In this document: piece after piece, positions 47,730-61,068 of the stretch | Position numbering within the stretch: position 1 is the stretch's first letter | How the letters are laid out: every line of letters starts with the position of its first letter | Origin: Mustelus asterias | Lineage: Eukaryota | NCBI RefSeq assembly: GCF_964213995.1 | Contig: NC_135825.1 | Coordinates: 52,824,001 to 52,888,000 of the forward strand | DNA length: 64,000 nt | Direction: 5' to 3' | The notes under the pieces: model-generated | What the model was told of the DNA's origin: nothing | Databases searched by the model: none | The model's input: the letters and a program-made list of their open reading frames with translations, nothing else | Made by a program: the position numbers and the translations under genes

Positions 47730-49030
47730 AGGACATAAGAAGAAAATGAATAGGAGCCGGCATTTCAAGGCTGTTGTGTCTTTCAGTAAGATGTTAGCTG
47801 ATCTGCTTGTGGTCTTAACTGTACATTCCTGTCTGCCCCCAGTAATCCTAGACTCCCACATCGATCAAAATCTGTCTAACTTAGTCTTAAATATATTGCT
47901 CGCTAGGAAGAGAATTCCAAACACTAACGACCTTGGTCAGGGAAGAAATTCCCCCTCATCTTCATCTTAAGTGGGAGTCCCTTAATTTTAAACTATATAC
48001 CTTAGTTTGATTTGATTTGATTTATTATTGCCACATGTATTAGTATACAGTGAAAAGTATTATTTCTTGCGCGCTATACAGACAGAGCATACCGTTCATA
48101 GAGAAGGAGAGGTGCAGAATGTAGCATTACAGTCACATCTAGGGTGTAGAGAACAATCAACTTAATGCGAGGTAAGTCCATTCAAAAGTCTGACAGCAGC
48201 AGGAAGAAGCTGTTCTTGAGTCGGTTGGCACGTGACCTCAGACTTTTGTATCTTTTTCCCAATGGAAGAAGGTGGAAGAGAGAATGTCCGGGGCGCGTTG
48301 GGTCCTTAATTATGTTGGCTGCTTTGCCGAGGCAGCGGGAAGTGTAGACAGGAGTCAATGGATGGGAGGCTGGTTTTCGTGATGGATTGGGCTACATTCA
48401 CGACCTTTTGTAGTTTCTTGCAGCCTCGGGCAGAGCAGGAGCCGTACCAAGCTGTGATACAACCAGAAAGAATGCTTTTGATGGTGCATCTGTAAAAGTT
48501 GGTGAGAGTTGTAGCTGACATGCCAAATTTCCTTAGTCTTCTGAGAAAGTAGAGGCGTTGGTGGGGCTTTCTTAACTATAGTGTCGGCATGGGGGGACCA
48601 GGACAGGTTGTTGGTGATCTGGACACCTAAAAACGTGAAGCTCTCGACCATTTCTACTTCATCCCCATTGATGGAGACAGGGGCATGTTCTCCTTTACGC
48701 TTCCTGAAGTCGATGACAATCTCCTTTGCTTTGTTGACATTGAGGGAGAGATTATTGTTGCCGCACCAGTTCACCAGATTCTCTATCTCGTTCCTGTACT
48801 CTGTCTCGTCATTGTTTGAGATCCGACCCATTACGGTGATGTCATCAGCAAACTTGAAAATCGAGTTGGCGGGGAATTTGGCCACACAGTCATATGTTCC
48901 TCTAGATTCTAGAGGTTCTACATTCCTCTACGAGGGGAAAGATCCTATCGGCATCCATCCCGTCAAACTACCCCCAGGATCTTATATGATCCAATAAGAT
49001 CATTTCTCATTCTTCTCAACTCCAGTGGGT
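47730..49030 (-). mobile_element. Old CR1 3' end with a nested Rex1/Babar LINE (48006-48890)
   Basis: ORF 48355-48885 reads KFADDITVMGRISNNDETEYRNEI...LSLNVNKAKEIVIDFRK (Rex1-type RT); (ATCAA)n tail. Confidence 0.88.
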
Positions 49031-49588
49031 AGAGGCTCCTGGCCTCCCAGGAATCAGCCTATGAGAAGCTGAGAATTCTCAGCTGGGAGAAACAGAGATC
49101 AGTCAAAGTTTCGGGCCCTTCCTCAAGACTAGCAGTTATTATAAAAGGAGCACAACTTAAGAGGGATGTGAGAACTGTATATAAGGCATAAAACAAGGGG
49201 ATGATGGTTCCGGGATCTGCGATACCTGTTTTCCTTCCATGCTTTTCCGTATTGTGTTCCCTGACAATCTTATAGCTGTGTTTATTTTCTCATCCTCTCC
49301 CTATTCCTATGATAAGTGGAGAGGTCATCTAGTCCCAGTTCTCTGCAAATACTCTGCCATGTGCTGGACTATGAGTTACACAGAACATCAGAACATTGTC
49401 CCTTACGCTGAGAATTATATTTCATCAGCAGTTGCTTGCTAATAACTGTGAGGCTAATGACATAATCCATACAACAACATCATACAGGAGGGAAGGGGAA
49501 GACTACAAAAATGTTACTGCCTGAGCTACCCCCGGCTGTTTGCTTTGTGAAAATTGCATTTCCAAGATTGAATGACACAAAAGCTACT

Positions 49589-50563
49589 GGGTGGAATTTT
49601 CCTCAGCGAATTCTAAGTGCCCAACGAGTGGGAAAACGGGGGGTTTTCCTGCCTATCTTTTGTGTGAGCTGTGTTTTGATCATTTACAGCACTCTGTGCA
49701 ATACAGAGGCCATCAGGTGACTCATGCCAGCGGGGGCGGGGTGGGGGGAGGGGAGGGGGGGTGGTGTTGGTGTGTGTCGGTGTCTAATCCTGCTGGAGAG
49801 GCCGGAACCAGAGTGCTCAGGGGGTGATTGTGCATGCGCCAATCTCCCAGTATACTGGGAGGTCAGCTGACTCCTGCGCCCCCACCCCCCCCAGATTGCT
49901 GGCCTCCTGATCACTGCCCCCTCCAACCCTAACCCAACCTTCCCTGCTCTCCCCATCACCAGCCCCGACCCCCTCCCCCGATCGCCAGCCTCCCCCGATC
50001 GCCGGCCCCAACACCTGACCCCCACATCCCCATTGCAGAGTTCCCCCCCCCCCTTCCCTCCCCTCCTATCTCCCTCACCCTGGTCTGACCCCACCACAAG
50101 AGGCCCCACCCCTTGGCACTGCTTGGTGGGCAGTGTCAGGGTGTCAAGTTGGTAATGCCAGGGTATACGGTGGGCAGTGCCAGGGTGCTGCCCAATGGGC
50201 ACTGTGCCTTCCCCACCCTTGACCTCTCAGTTGCCTCAATGGCTTCCGGTCCCACCATCAAGGCCACCACATCAGGTCCCTGTTGCTGGGGACCATCCGT
50301 GATCCCGGTTGGTGTGAACCTCCACCGGTGACCTCGGAAATCCAAGTGAACATGGACAATATTATTCCGGGCTCACTAAATGACCTCATGAATATTAAAA
50401 TCAGCGTCACACCATTCGCCAGCACGATGCTGACTTCATCAATAGCCTGGGAAGATCGGGATTGGCCAGACGCTGGGTACGATTCCCGTTATTGGCCTCC
50501 CACTTACATTCCCCGCCCCGTTACACTACTTGACCAGCGTGGCGTGGCGGGAAAATCACGCCC
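49589..50563. mobile_element. Harbinger-like MITE; related end at ~63391-63780
   Basis: Imperfect TIRs GGGTGGAATTTTCC / GGAAAATCACGCCC; subterminal ATTCTAAG motif shared with 1315-2148. Confidence 0.6.
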
Positions 50564-50664
50564 GCTGTGTTTGCACAATCGGTACAAACGTAACTTCCCC
50601 CAACGAGTTCAGTCTTGTCATTTCAAGTGCCTTTAAACGTTAATTACTGCCAGTTAATTAAAGC

Positions 50665-51039
50665 GGGAGGCGGTGACATCGTGGTAACGTTACCGGGCTA
50701 CTAATCCAGCTGGCTGCTCTGGGGACACGGGTTTGACTCCCACCGTGGCAGCTGGTGGAGTTTAAATTCTGCTGATAAATCTGGAATTAGAAAGTTAACC
50801 TCAGTAATAGTGATCAGAAACCGATTGTCGGAAAAACCCATCTGGTTCACCAATGTCCTTTAGGGAAGGAAATCTGCCGTCCTTACCCGGTCTGGCCTAC
50901 ATGTGACTCCAGAGCCACAGCAATGTGGTTGACTCTCAACTGTCCTGTGAAGTAGACACTCAGTTCAAAGGCAATTTACGATGGGCAACAAATGCTGGCC
51001 CAGCCAGCGATTCCCACATCCCATGAGCGAATAAAGAAA
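50665..51039 (+). mobile_element. Second tRNA-derived SINE family with a tail from the LINE ending at 56905
   Basis: Head GGTGACATCGTGGTA...GGGTTTGACTCC; tail GATGGGCAACAAATGCTGGCCCAGCCAGC...CACATCCCA matches 56841-56903. Confidence 0.8.
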
Positions 51040-51232
51040 ATAGGATGGAGTTGACCCGGAGGCTCTGGACCCCATGAAGTCTCATTGCATCAAGTCAGAC
51101 ATGGGCAACGAAACCCCCTGCTGACTATCACCTGGTGCACTACCCACCCCGCTGCCCACCCCCTCCCTCTGATGAATCAGTGTTCCTCCGTGTTGAACAC
51201 AACTTGGAGGAAGCACTAAGGATGGCAACGGC

Positions 51233-51940
51233 CAACTAGTAGGAAAAACTAGAACTAGAGGGCACAACCTCAGGCTAAAGGGACGATCCTTTAAAACAGA
51301 GATGAGGAGGAATTTCTTCAGCCAGAGAGAGTGGTGAATCTGTGGAACTCTTTGCCGCAGAAGGCTGTGGAGGCCGGGTCACTGAGTGTCTTTAAGACAG
51401 AGATAGATAGGTTCTTGATTAATAAGGGGATCAGGGGTTTTGGGGAAAAGGCAGGAGAATGGGGATGAGAAAAATATCAGCCATGATTGAATGGAGGAGC
51501 AGACTCGATGGGCCGAGTGGCCTAATTCTGCTCCTATGTCTTATGGTCTTATGGTACAGAATGTACTCTGGGTGGGAGACTGCACTATCCGTCACCCAGA
51601 GTGGCTCAGTTGGCGGCACGGTAGCACAGTGGTTAGCACTGCTGCTTCACAGCTCCAGGGTCCCGGGTTCGATTCCTGGCTCGGGTCACTGTCTGTGTGG
51701 AGTTTGCACATTCTCCTCGTGTCTGCGTGGGTTTCCTCCGGGTGCTCCGGTTTCCTCCCACAGTCCAAAGATGTGCAGGTTAGGTTGATTGGCCAGGTTA
51801 AAATTGCCCCTGAGATGCGTAGGTTAGAGGGATTAGCGGGTAAATATGTGGGGGTAGGGCCTGGGTGGGATTGTGGTTGGTGCAGACTCGATGGGGCGAA
51901 TGGCCTCCTTCTGCACTGTAGGGTTTCTATGATTCTATGA
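51233..51940 (+). mobile_element. CR1 tail (51233-51554) and SINE (51611-51940)
   Basis: Identity to other copies. Confidence 0.9.
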
Positions 51941-54822
51941 GTAGCACCACCACAGACCGAGCTGGCCAAGTCCTAAAGGACATTCTTACCAGACTGGGAC
52001 TGCAGTAGGTGGTGAGGGAACAAGAGGGAAAAACACACTCAACCTCATCCTCACCAACCTGCCTGTCAAAGAGGCATCTGCCCATCATGGTATCAGCAGG
52101 AACGAACATGGCACAATTCCTGTGGAGACAAAGTCCCATCTTTACATTGAGGATACTCTCTAACATCTTGTGTGACACTGTCACCGCGCTAAATGCGATA
52201 GATTTTGAACCGATCTCGCAACTCAAAACTGGGCATCCATGAGGAGCTGTGGGCCGTCAGCAGCAGCGGAACTGTACTCCAGCACAATCTGCAACCTCAT
52301 GGCCCGACATATCCCCCACTCAACCATGACCACCAGGCCAGGGGATGAAATCTGTTTCAATGAAGAGTGCAGGAGGGCAGGCCAGGAGCAGCACCAGGCA
52401 TACCTAAAAATTAGGTGTCAACTTTAAAGATACAAAACAGGACTCCTCGTGATCCAAACAGCATGCAATAAATAGAACTAAGCAATCCTACAGCCAATGG
52501 ATTGGATCTAAGTTCTACAGTCCCACCACATCCAGCTGGGAATGGTGGTGGACAATTAAACAACTCACTGGAGGGGAAGGCTTCACAAGTATCCCCATCC
52601 TCAATGATGGAGGAGCCCAGCACATCAGTGCAAAAGATAAGGCTGAAGCATTCGCAGCAATCTTCAGCCAGAAGTGCCGAGTGGATGATCCATCTCGGCC
52701 TCCCCCAGTGGTCCCCAGCATCTCAGATGCCAGTCTCCAGCCAATTCCATTCACTCCACGTGATATCACAAAACAGCTGAAGGCACTGGATACTGCAAAG
52801 ACAAAGGGCTCTGATAGCATTCCGGCAATAGTCCTGAAGACTTGTGCTCCAGAACGTGCTGCGCCCCTAGCCAAGCTCTTCCAGTACAGCTACAACACTG
52901 GCATCTACCCAGCAATGTAGAAAACTGCCCCAGCCTTGTCCTATCCACAAATCCAACCCGGCCAATTAATGCCCCATTAGTCGACTCACAATCATCAGCA
53001 AAGTGATGGAAGGTGTCATCACTTGATGCCAGTGCTATCAAGTGGCACTTACTCAGTCTATAATCTGCTCTGACACTTCATGTTCCAACAGGGCCACCAG
53101 GTCCTGGCCTTATTATAGCCTTAGTGCACACATGGATAAAAGATCAAAATTTAAGAGGTGAGGTGGGTGTGACTGCCCTTGACATCAAGACAGTATTTGA
53201 CAGAGGGTGGCTTCAAGGAGCCCGAGCAAAACTGGATTCAATGGGAATCAGAGGGAAAACTCTATACTGGTTAGAGTCATACCTGGTTGTTGGAGGTCAA
53301 CCATCTCAGTTCTAGGACATCACTGCAGGAGTTCCTCAGGGTAGTGTCCTAGACCCAACCACCTTCAGCTGCTTCATCAATGATTGTGGAGGGAAGATCT
53401 CCAGAGGCAATGAGGTCAGAGGGGGGAGCATGAAAAAGCACTAGCGGGGAGGATTAGGGAGAATTCCAAGATACTCTATAAGTACAATAAGGGGAAGAGG
53501 AGAACCTGGGAAAGTGTAGGGCTTATTAGGGACCAAGGGGGCAATCTGTGCATGGAACATTGGTAGGGTGTTAAATGAATATTTCATATCTATCTTCACT
53601 CGGGAGAAGAAGGATGTCGGTACAGAATTTGAGGAGAGGGACTGTGAAGTTCTTGAACAGTTTGACATAGGGAGTGATGAGGTTTTGGAGGCTCTGGCAG
53701 GCTTAAAAGTGGACAAATTCTCAGCTCTGTGAGAGGCAAGGGAGGAAATTACATGGGCTCTGACCCTCTCTGTCCACAGGGGGAAGCTAATGTGCTTTCA
53801 CTTTTCAGGAAAGGTGGTAAAGATAAACCAGGGAATTACAGTGGGAAGAAAACTATTGGGGAAAATTCTGAAGGAGAGAATTAATCTTCACTTGCAGAGG
53901 CAAGGTTTGATCAGGGATAGTCAGCATGGCTTTGTCAGAGAGAGGTCATGCCTAACGTATTTGATTGAGGTTTTTGAGGAGGTGACCAAGTGTGCAGATG
54001 AGGGAAGTGCAGTTCATGTAGTTTATATAAATTTCAGGAACTACAGGGGATATCAGATAGCAGTGTACTCCGATTGAGGGGAGGGGTTTCATTCAATGAT
54101 TTTTATTGGATTAGAGGACTACCCCTCACACAATGACTGGACTCACCCCAGTGGAATTGTTAACGGATCGGAGGCTTTGGATAAGATTAAACATTCTGTT
54201 CCCAAAACTAGCAGGAGGGTGGAGTCCCATTAAGAGAACCAGAAGAAGAAATATGTGGTCAGACCCCATTTGGAATATTGTGAGCAGTTTTGGGCCCCGT
54301 ATCTAAGGAAGGATGTGCTGGCCTTGGAAAGAGTCCAGAGGAGGTTCACAAGGATGATCCCTGGAATGAAGAGCTTGTCGTATGAGGAACGGTTGAGGAC
54401 TCTGGGTCTGTACTCGTTGGAGTTTAGAAGGATGAGGGAGGATCTTATTGAAACTTACAGGATACTGCGAGGCCTGGATAGAGTGGACGTGGAGAGGATG
54501 TTTCCACTAGTAGGAAAAACTAGAACCAGAGGGCGCAACCTCAGGCTAAAGGGACGATCCTTTAAAACAGAGATGAAGAGGAATTTCTGCAAAGAGTGGT
54601 GAATCTGTGGAACTCTTTGCCACAGAAGGCTGTGGAGGCCAGGTCATTGAGTATCTTTAAGACAGAGATAGATAGGTTCTTGATTAATAAGGGGATCAGG
54701 GGTTATGGGGAAAAGGCAGGAGAATGGGGATGAGAAAAAAATCAGCCATGATTGAATGGAGGAGCAGACTCGATGGGCCGAGTGGCCTAATTCTGCTCCT
54801 ATATCTTATGGTCTTATGGTCT

Positions 54823-55500
54823 TAAAGCACGTTCAAAACCGACGACCACATGAGGAACTTTGGAGATGGTTTCAGTTGTGTCCCTGGGATCATAATGGGA
54901 AAAACGGGCTTGTGTCTTATAAGGACCAAGTGCAGGGCAAAATTGTCAGGAAACACCTGAACCATCTCAGGTGCAGGAAGTCCGTGTCAGTGCAGGACTC
55001 ATTACCAGCCATGGGAACCACCCATTGAGCCATGACTAGCAGTGTCTGTCCCTCCGGGTGACGAGGACACAGATTGCAAGATGGAAATGAAAGAGACTGA
55101 AGCAAGACCTCAGGAACGACCGGTGTCGGTGGATTTATGGCGCTCCCTTTGGAAGCAAAGGTCTCCAATACATTTCACACCCCTGATCCAGTCCTGCCTC
55201 CAATCGATCCCGGGCGATCGCTAAGCAGCAGAATAGCACCCTCCCACCCCACCCCACCCCCCACTCCACATGGTGGGGGTGCTGGGGGAGAAAAGGACTT
55301 GAGAGGGGAGGAATGTTATGATGGGGGATCGTCAATAGATCTCCCTGTGGGTCTTATAGAATCGAGCTCCCCTATTAAGCGAGTGAAGGCTCACCCAATA
55401 GGGAAGATGCAGCAAGGGGGTTTAAAATAAGCTGGCTCCACTCAGGCCGATAGACTGGGGGCTTGACTATATACTGTAGCCACTGAGCAGCTCGTTGAAC
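54823..55500 (+). mobile_element. Gypsy integrase C-terminus, PPT and start of a 3' LTR (relic)
   Basis: RNFGDG...PGII...VSYK..VQGKIVRKHLNHLR; purine tract GAGAGGGGAGGAA immediately followed by TGTTATG at 55314. Confidence 0.6.
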
Positions 55501-55671
55501 ACACTAGGACGCTACAGGGATTTGATGGTTTGAGTTATAAGGAGAGGCTGGATAGACTGGGACTTTTTTCTCTGGAGCGTAGGAGGCTGAGGGGTGATCT
55601 TATAGAGGTCTATAAAATAATGATGGGCACAGATCAGCTTGATAGTCAATATCTTTTCCCAAAGGTAGGGG

Positions 55672-56087
55672 CAGTGCCGGATTTAGCCATAAGCTAAACA
55701 AGCTACAGCTTAGGGCCTCACAATCCGCAGGGGCCTCACAAAATTTCAGAAGGTTTACAATGAAGAGAACATTTAAGAGCGGATACCAGAAAAGAAAAAG
55801 AAAGCATCAGCTTGAAGAACAACTCAAAAAATTACCAAAATCTATGAGAGATCAAGCCAGACAAATGATAAATATGTAATCAGTAAATGCATTCATTTGA
55901 AAATAATTTGTATTTTTCACTTTAAATACCTTGCTATTAAATAATTAAAAGGCATAATTATGTTTTCAATTTTTTTGTGGCGACCCAAGGTCCTGTTTTG
56001 GTACGCACCTTTGTGAGACCTTTTGGTGTAACTTTTTAACAAGGGGCCTCCAAGCTTAGGGCCTCACCAAGTCTAAATCCGGCACTG
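55672..56087 (+). mobile_element. hAT (Tip100-like) internal-deletion derivative / MITE inserted in a CR1
   Basis: Perfect 15-bp TIRs CAGTGCCGGATTTAG; 8-bp TSD GGTAGGGG at 55664-55671 and 56088-56095; subterminal GGGCCTC repeats. Confidence 0.93.
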
Positions 56088-57609
56088 GGTAGGGGAGTCT
56101 AAAACTAGAGGGCATAGGTTTAAGGTGAGAGGGGAGAGATACAAAAGTGTCCAGAGGGGCAATTTTTACACATAGGGTGGTGAGTGTCTGGAACAAGTTG
56201 TCAGAGGGAGTAGGAGAGGCGGGTACAATTTTGTCTTTTAAAAAGCGTTTTAGACAGTTACATGGGTAAGATGGATATAGAGGGATATGGGCCAAATGCG
56301 GGCAAAAGGGTGGCATGGACAAGTTGGGCCGAAGGGCCTGTTTCCATGCTGTAAACCTCTATGACTCTATGACTACATAAAGGTGATTGGTGACTGGCCT
56401 TGGTAAGATTATTACTGGAATGGAATAATCGCCACTTGCCTGGATGGGTGCAGCTCCAACACTCGACAAGCTCGACACCATCCAGGACAAAGCAACCCGC
56501 TTGATAGGCGCCCCATCCACCACCTTCAAGATCTACTCTCTCCACAACTGGCGCAGAGTGGCAGCCGTGTGTATAACCTACAAGATGCACTGCAGCAACT
56601 CACCAAAGCACCTTCGACAGCACCTTCCAAACCTGCAACCATCTAGAAGGACAAGGGCAGCAGATACATGGGAACACCACCATTCCTCTCCAAGCCACAC
56701 ACCATCCTGGAAATACATCGCCATTCCTTCACTGTCACTGGGTATAAATCCTGGAACTCCCTCCCTAACAGCACTGTGGGTGTACCTATGCTACATGGAC
56801 TGCAGCGGTTCAAGAAGTCAGTTCACCACCACCTACTCAAGGGCAATTAGGGATGGGCAATAAATGCTGGCCTAGCCAGCAAAGCCAACATCCCACGAAA
56901 GAAGAAGTTTTAAAAATTAAGTGGTAGAAGCCAGATGAGTGAATATGATCCTGATTCTAGTGCCCCAACAGTCAACTCAGGGCTGGTTTGAGCAGTGTGC
57001 ATGGGACAGGGAGGGCTTTTATTTACATGGGGCTATTGGAAGCCATGCTACCTATCAGTGTATAAGCTGTCCCCAGGCTGCCAGGAATTCAAACGTCTCT
57101 GCCCAACCTTGGATTGTGGTTTGTACAAAACAGACACAATATTATCCTGTTTTCTTTGAGGAGCCTATGAAGTCCCTACCCAAGGTCATCACCTCCTTAT
57201 ACTGGTGTCTCTGTGGGAGTAAGCAGAGGTTTTGATCTACAGCCAGGAACCAGCAGATAGAGGTCCCAGAAGCATTTACAACTCTGTTGGAGGACTCCTG
57301 CCTGTTTCTCTATACGGTAGTCAGGTAAATCCCTTTAAACTTTCCCAGCCTTGAGGTCTACTTACATGCAACCTCCCATCACCCTGAGCAAGGACCCAAC
57401 TCTGGGCCCAGTATAGGACAGAAACTGAACCACACAATGAAACTGAACCTCCAAAAAAAACCAGCAGGGGTCCCCACTCTAACATTCAGGGTGAACAGTA
57501 AATATTTGCCTATTTATTGGGCTCAAGGATAGAAATTTCCAAGTGGCTGTGCAGCTGGTGGTGAGTACTTCAAGAGCGACTTATCGAATTTTATTGCTTC
57601 CTCGAGTCA

Positions 57610-57907
57610 GGGCGACACGGCGGCACAGTGGTTAGCACTGCCGCCTCACAGCGCCAGGAACCCGGGTTCAATTCCCGGCTTGGGTCACTGTCTGTGTGGA
57701 GTCTGCACGTTCTCCCCATGTCCTCGTGGGTTTCCTCCGGATGCTCCAGTTTCCCCCCACAGTCCAAAGATGTGAAGTCGATTGGCCATGTTAAATTGAC
57801 CCTAGTATCACGGGCATTAGCAGGGTAAATATGTGGGGTTACGGGAATAGGGCCTGGGTGGGATTGTAATTGGTGCAGACTCGATGGGCCGAATGGTTCT
57901 ATGATTC
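57610..57907 (+). mobile_element. SINE, tail A; further plus-strand copies at 61853-62185, 62205-62490 and 62757-63045 (tail B)
   Basis: Conserved head/core and tails. Confidence 0.9.
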
Positions 57908-59390
57908 AATCTGAACATTTCCGTGTTTCAACTACCCAGCCCCAGTTGAATATAGACACTGCCCTCTACAGGTAATTACTATACAGTACAACCCAAGGAG
58001 AGATTGGCATTTATTTTAGCACCTTCACAAATCATCAAAACTTTACAACTGACTTTGCTCGAAGGAGTGCAGGAGTGTTGTGTTGACATGTCCTGAGCAG
58101 ATAAAGGGCGTCAAGGTATCAACAACACCCCCTGTGCAAATTACAGCTACTGCCCATTTCTAATTGGCTGCAATCAGGCACAGACTGGCCTGCCCTGATA
58201 CTCTTTTGTTGACACCCATGTGAAGTGTGATTGTTGCCACAACACACCCAAGCTCTGGCAGCTGACCCTCAAGCAGGCCTTGCCCACCACACTGCTGAGT
58301 TCACACTCCAGCACAAACTCAGCATCATTTTGTTCCTATTTGTCTGTAGCTTCCGACCCTTTTCCCTTCTATTCCTGCAGGTGACTCCTCTCGCTGTGAT
58401 GGTCCCTGGGGTGCCAGCCACCCTGTGGCACCCGACACAACTTGTTGCAGAGTTGCTCTGATGTCCAACTCAGGGCAGCTTGGAACAATCCAGTTGACTG
58501 CAGGCAAGAGATAAGGATAAGCCACGTCTGAGCAATGACTCAGCTGGCCCCTGAAGGCAAAGTGATTATGTTATCTGTCAGTGAAAGTACAGACTCGTTT
58601 CGTTATCTCGAAATAAGGTAGTGACTGTAACTGATCTAGAAAGTGGCCTATTTGTTGAAATAAAACACGGCCTGCGCATGGTCCTAGAGTAGGCGTGAGG
58701 GACAACTCAACAGGTTAAAAACGAAACAAAGTAACTTATTGTGAAACAAACTACACACAGAGCAGAGTGATGAATGTGACTTTACTTTCCAACTCAAATG
58801 AGGGACAGCTCACTCCCAGACCCACGCTTCCCATCATGACTGGCCGACCAGGTCCCTCCCACGGGTTTAACTGAGCTGAAGGAGGTAAGGTTTGTTGTGA
58901 CTGGCATCGATCGTAACGCCTGGCCAGATTTTCAATATCCTCATCAAGGCCTGGCCACCGAGTATAATTTCTGACGAGCATCTTCATTTTGGTCTGAGCT
59001 GGATGAACGCAGCGCAATTCCTGCAGCAATGTTCCTCTTGCCGGGGCTGGGATCACTACTCAAGCTCCCCGCAGTGACGCTCCCTCCTCACAGTTCAGTT
59101 TGTCTTTGTGGAGCTGGGACGGGTTGAATTGGTCAGACTTAGCCAAGCGCCATCCATGGAGGAGGATTCGATTTACCCTGGACAGTACTGGCTCTCACTG
59201 AGTCCAATTTCTAACTTGTTTAGGTGATACCAGCAGAGTGTGTAGGATGTTGAGGGCTAGCATTATCTCTTCCGGTATCAGAGACTGCGGCACACTTTGA
59301 GGCAGTGGGAGACGACTTAAGACATCTGTGTTCGAGATTTGGGTGCCTGGTCTGTGCTGGAATATGTAGTTGTAGGCTGCTAGGAGTAAA

Positions 59391-59866
59391 ACCAAAAGAG
59401 AAAATGCTGGAAAATCTCAGCAGGTCTGGCAGCATCTGGAAGGAGAGAAAAGAGCTGATGATTTTGAGTCAAAGGGTCGTCTGGACTCGAAACGTCAGCT
59501 CTTTTCTCCCCTTACAGATGCTGCCAGACCTCATAGAATCATAGAAACCCTACAGTATAGAAAGAGGCCATTCGGTCCATTGAGTCTGCACCGACCACAA
59601 TCCCACCCAGGCCCTATCCCTATATATTTACCTACTAATGCCTCTAACCTACTCATCTCAGGACACTAAGGGCAATTTTTAGCACGACCAACCAACCTAA
59701 CCCGCACATCTTTGGACTGTGGGAGGAAGCCGGAGCACCCGGAGGAAACCCACGCAGACACGAGGAGAATGTGCAAACTCCACACAGACACACCTGCTGA
59801 GATTTTCCAGCATTTTCTCTTTTGGTTTTGGATTCCAGCATCGCAGTAATTTGCTAGGATGTAAAT
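59391..59866. mobile_element. Palindromic (inverted pseudo-LTR) Penelope derivative with a nested SINE (59532-59790)
   Basis: Arm 59391-59470 is the inverted copy of 59485-59531 plus 59792-59830; 10-bp duplication TAGGAGTAAA at 59381-59390 and 59867-59876. Confidence 0.75.
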
Positions 59867-60659
59867 TAGGAGTAAAGCCCCATTGGAGTTTGCATGATAC
59901 AATTGGAGGAATGGACTGTCCTCACAAAATAGACCCAGTATTGGCTTGTGATCGGTGATGATCACAAAGTGACTGCTGCACATGGACTGGTGAGAGATTT
60001 TCACCCATAAATGATGGCTGGGCGTTCCTTCTCGATTTGGGAATATCATCTCTCGGCATCAGTCAAGGTCCATGATGCAAAAGCAACGGGACTTTCCACA
60101 CCATCTTCCATTCTATGAGACAAAACTGCCCCATGCCATAGGGTGAAGCATCACACATCAGGATTATCTTTCTCTTTGGGTCAAAATGCCTTGGCAAGTG
60201 TAAAGCGAGTTTGCCTTTCTCGAAGGCTTCTTTCTGTTGCTCATTCCAATATCGAAGTTGACCTTTCTTTAAAAGCAGATGTAAGGATGTTAGTAATGTT
60301 GAAAGATGAGGTATAAATCATAATTAACCATGCCCAAGTAAGACATCAGCTCTGACGCACTGGTGCTTCTTTGATCCCCCTGACGCTTTCTTCTAGATGG
60401 TGTAGACCCAAATTACTTTGAATTCAAGGTAAGCAACTTCATGATCGTGAAACGTACACTACTTTCTTTTAAGTCCCACTCCCGCATCTTTGAATCTTTT
60501 AGCTACCTCTTTAAGGTTCGCCAAATGTTCTTCTTGGGAAGCTCTTGTGACCTTGGGTATATCTTGCAATAAACTTTCCATACAGCGCTGAAGACACACC
60601 AAAGGGTGGTTGGGTGTGCCAATACAACTCCCTGTGGGTATTATTTTGAAGAATGTTGT

Positions 60660-61068
60660 ATATCCTGAATTCATTGAGGTGGGGACACAAGGGTACAAAG
60701 CTGAGAACAGCACGCTCAGCCTCAGAGAGGGGAAGGTCGGAGGGTATGGTGAAGACACGGCAAGGGCTGGGGCTAAAAGAGATGGGGTTCGAGGGATTGG
60801 GACTGGTGGAGGGCCTGGGATGGGCAGTGTTGTTGATGAGTTGTTGAAGCTTGCGTTCCTTAACACCTGCAAGAAACAGAAAAGGTTTCTTGTTAAGGCG
60901 TCGAATGATACCAAGGATGAAATGAAACTGGGGACAGGGACAGCTTTGAGAGAGAGTAAGACGATGTTGCTGGAGAGAGGTGTTGAGTGTCTTCATGTGG
61001 TGGTGCTTGACACTGAGTGTGGCTTTCAGGATGCGGCGAGAACAGCAATTTTCCAGCATTTTCTCTTT
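60660..61068 (-). mobile_element. Penelope-like ORF N-terminal fragment
   Basis: PCRVFTIPSDLPLSEAERAVLS..FVP precedes the RT in Penelope-type ORFs; abuts the pLTR motif TTTTCCAGCATTTTCTCTTTT. Confidence 0.6.

Larger units (their letters stand above)
51941..56905 (+). mobile_element. Degraded CR1/L2-group (Crack/Daphne-like) LINE, ~51941-53385 plus 56373-56905, split by ~3 kb of nested elements
   Basis: LKALDTAKTKGSDSIPAIVLKTCAPERAAPLAKLFQ, TALDIKTVFDRGW, GVPQGSVL; 3' part LDTIQDKATRLI...SWNSLP and a stem-loop tail. Confidence 0.75.

Noticed and set aside
51611-51690. tRNA gene
   Set aside because: The A/B boxes belong to SINE heads that run directly into SINE core and tail sequence.
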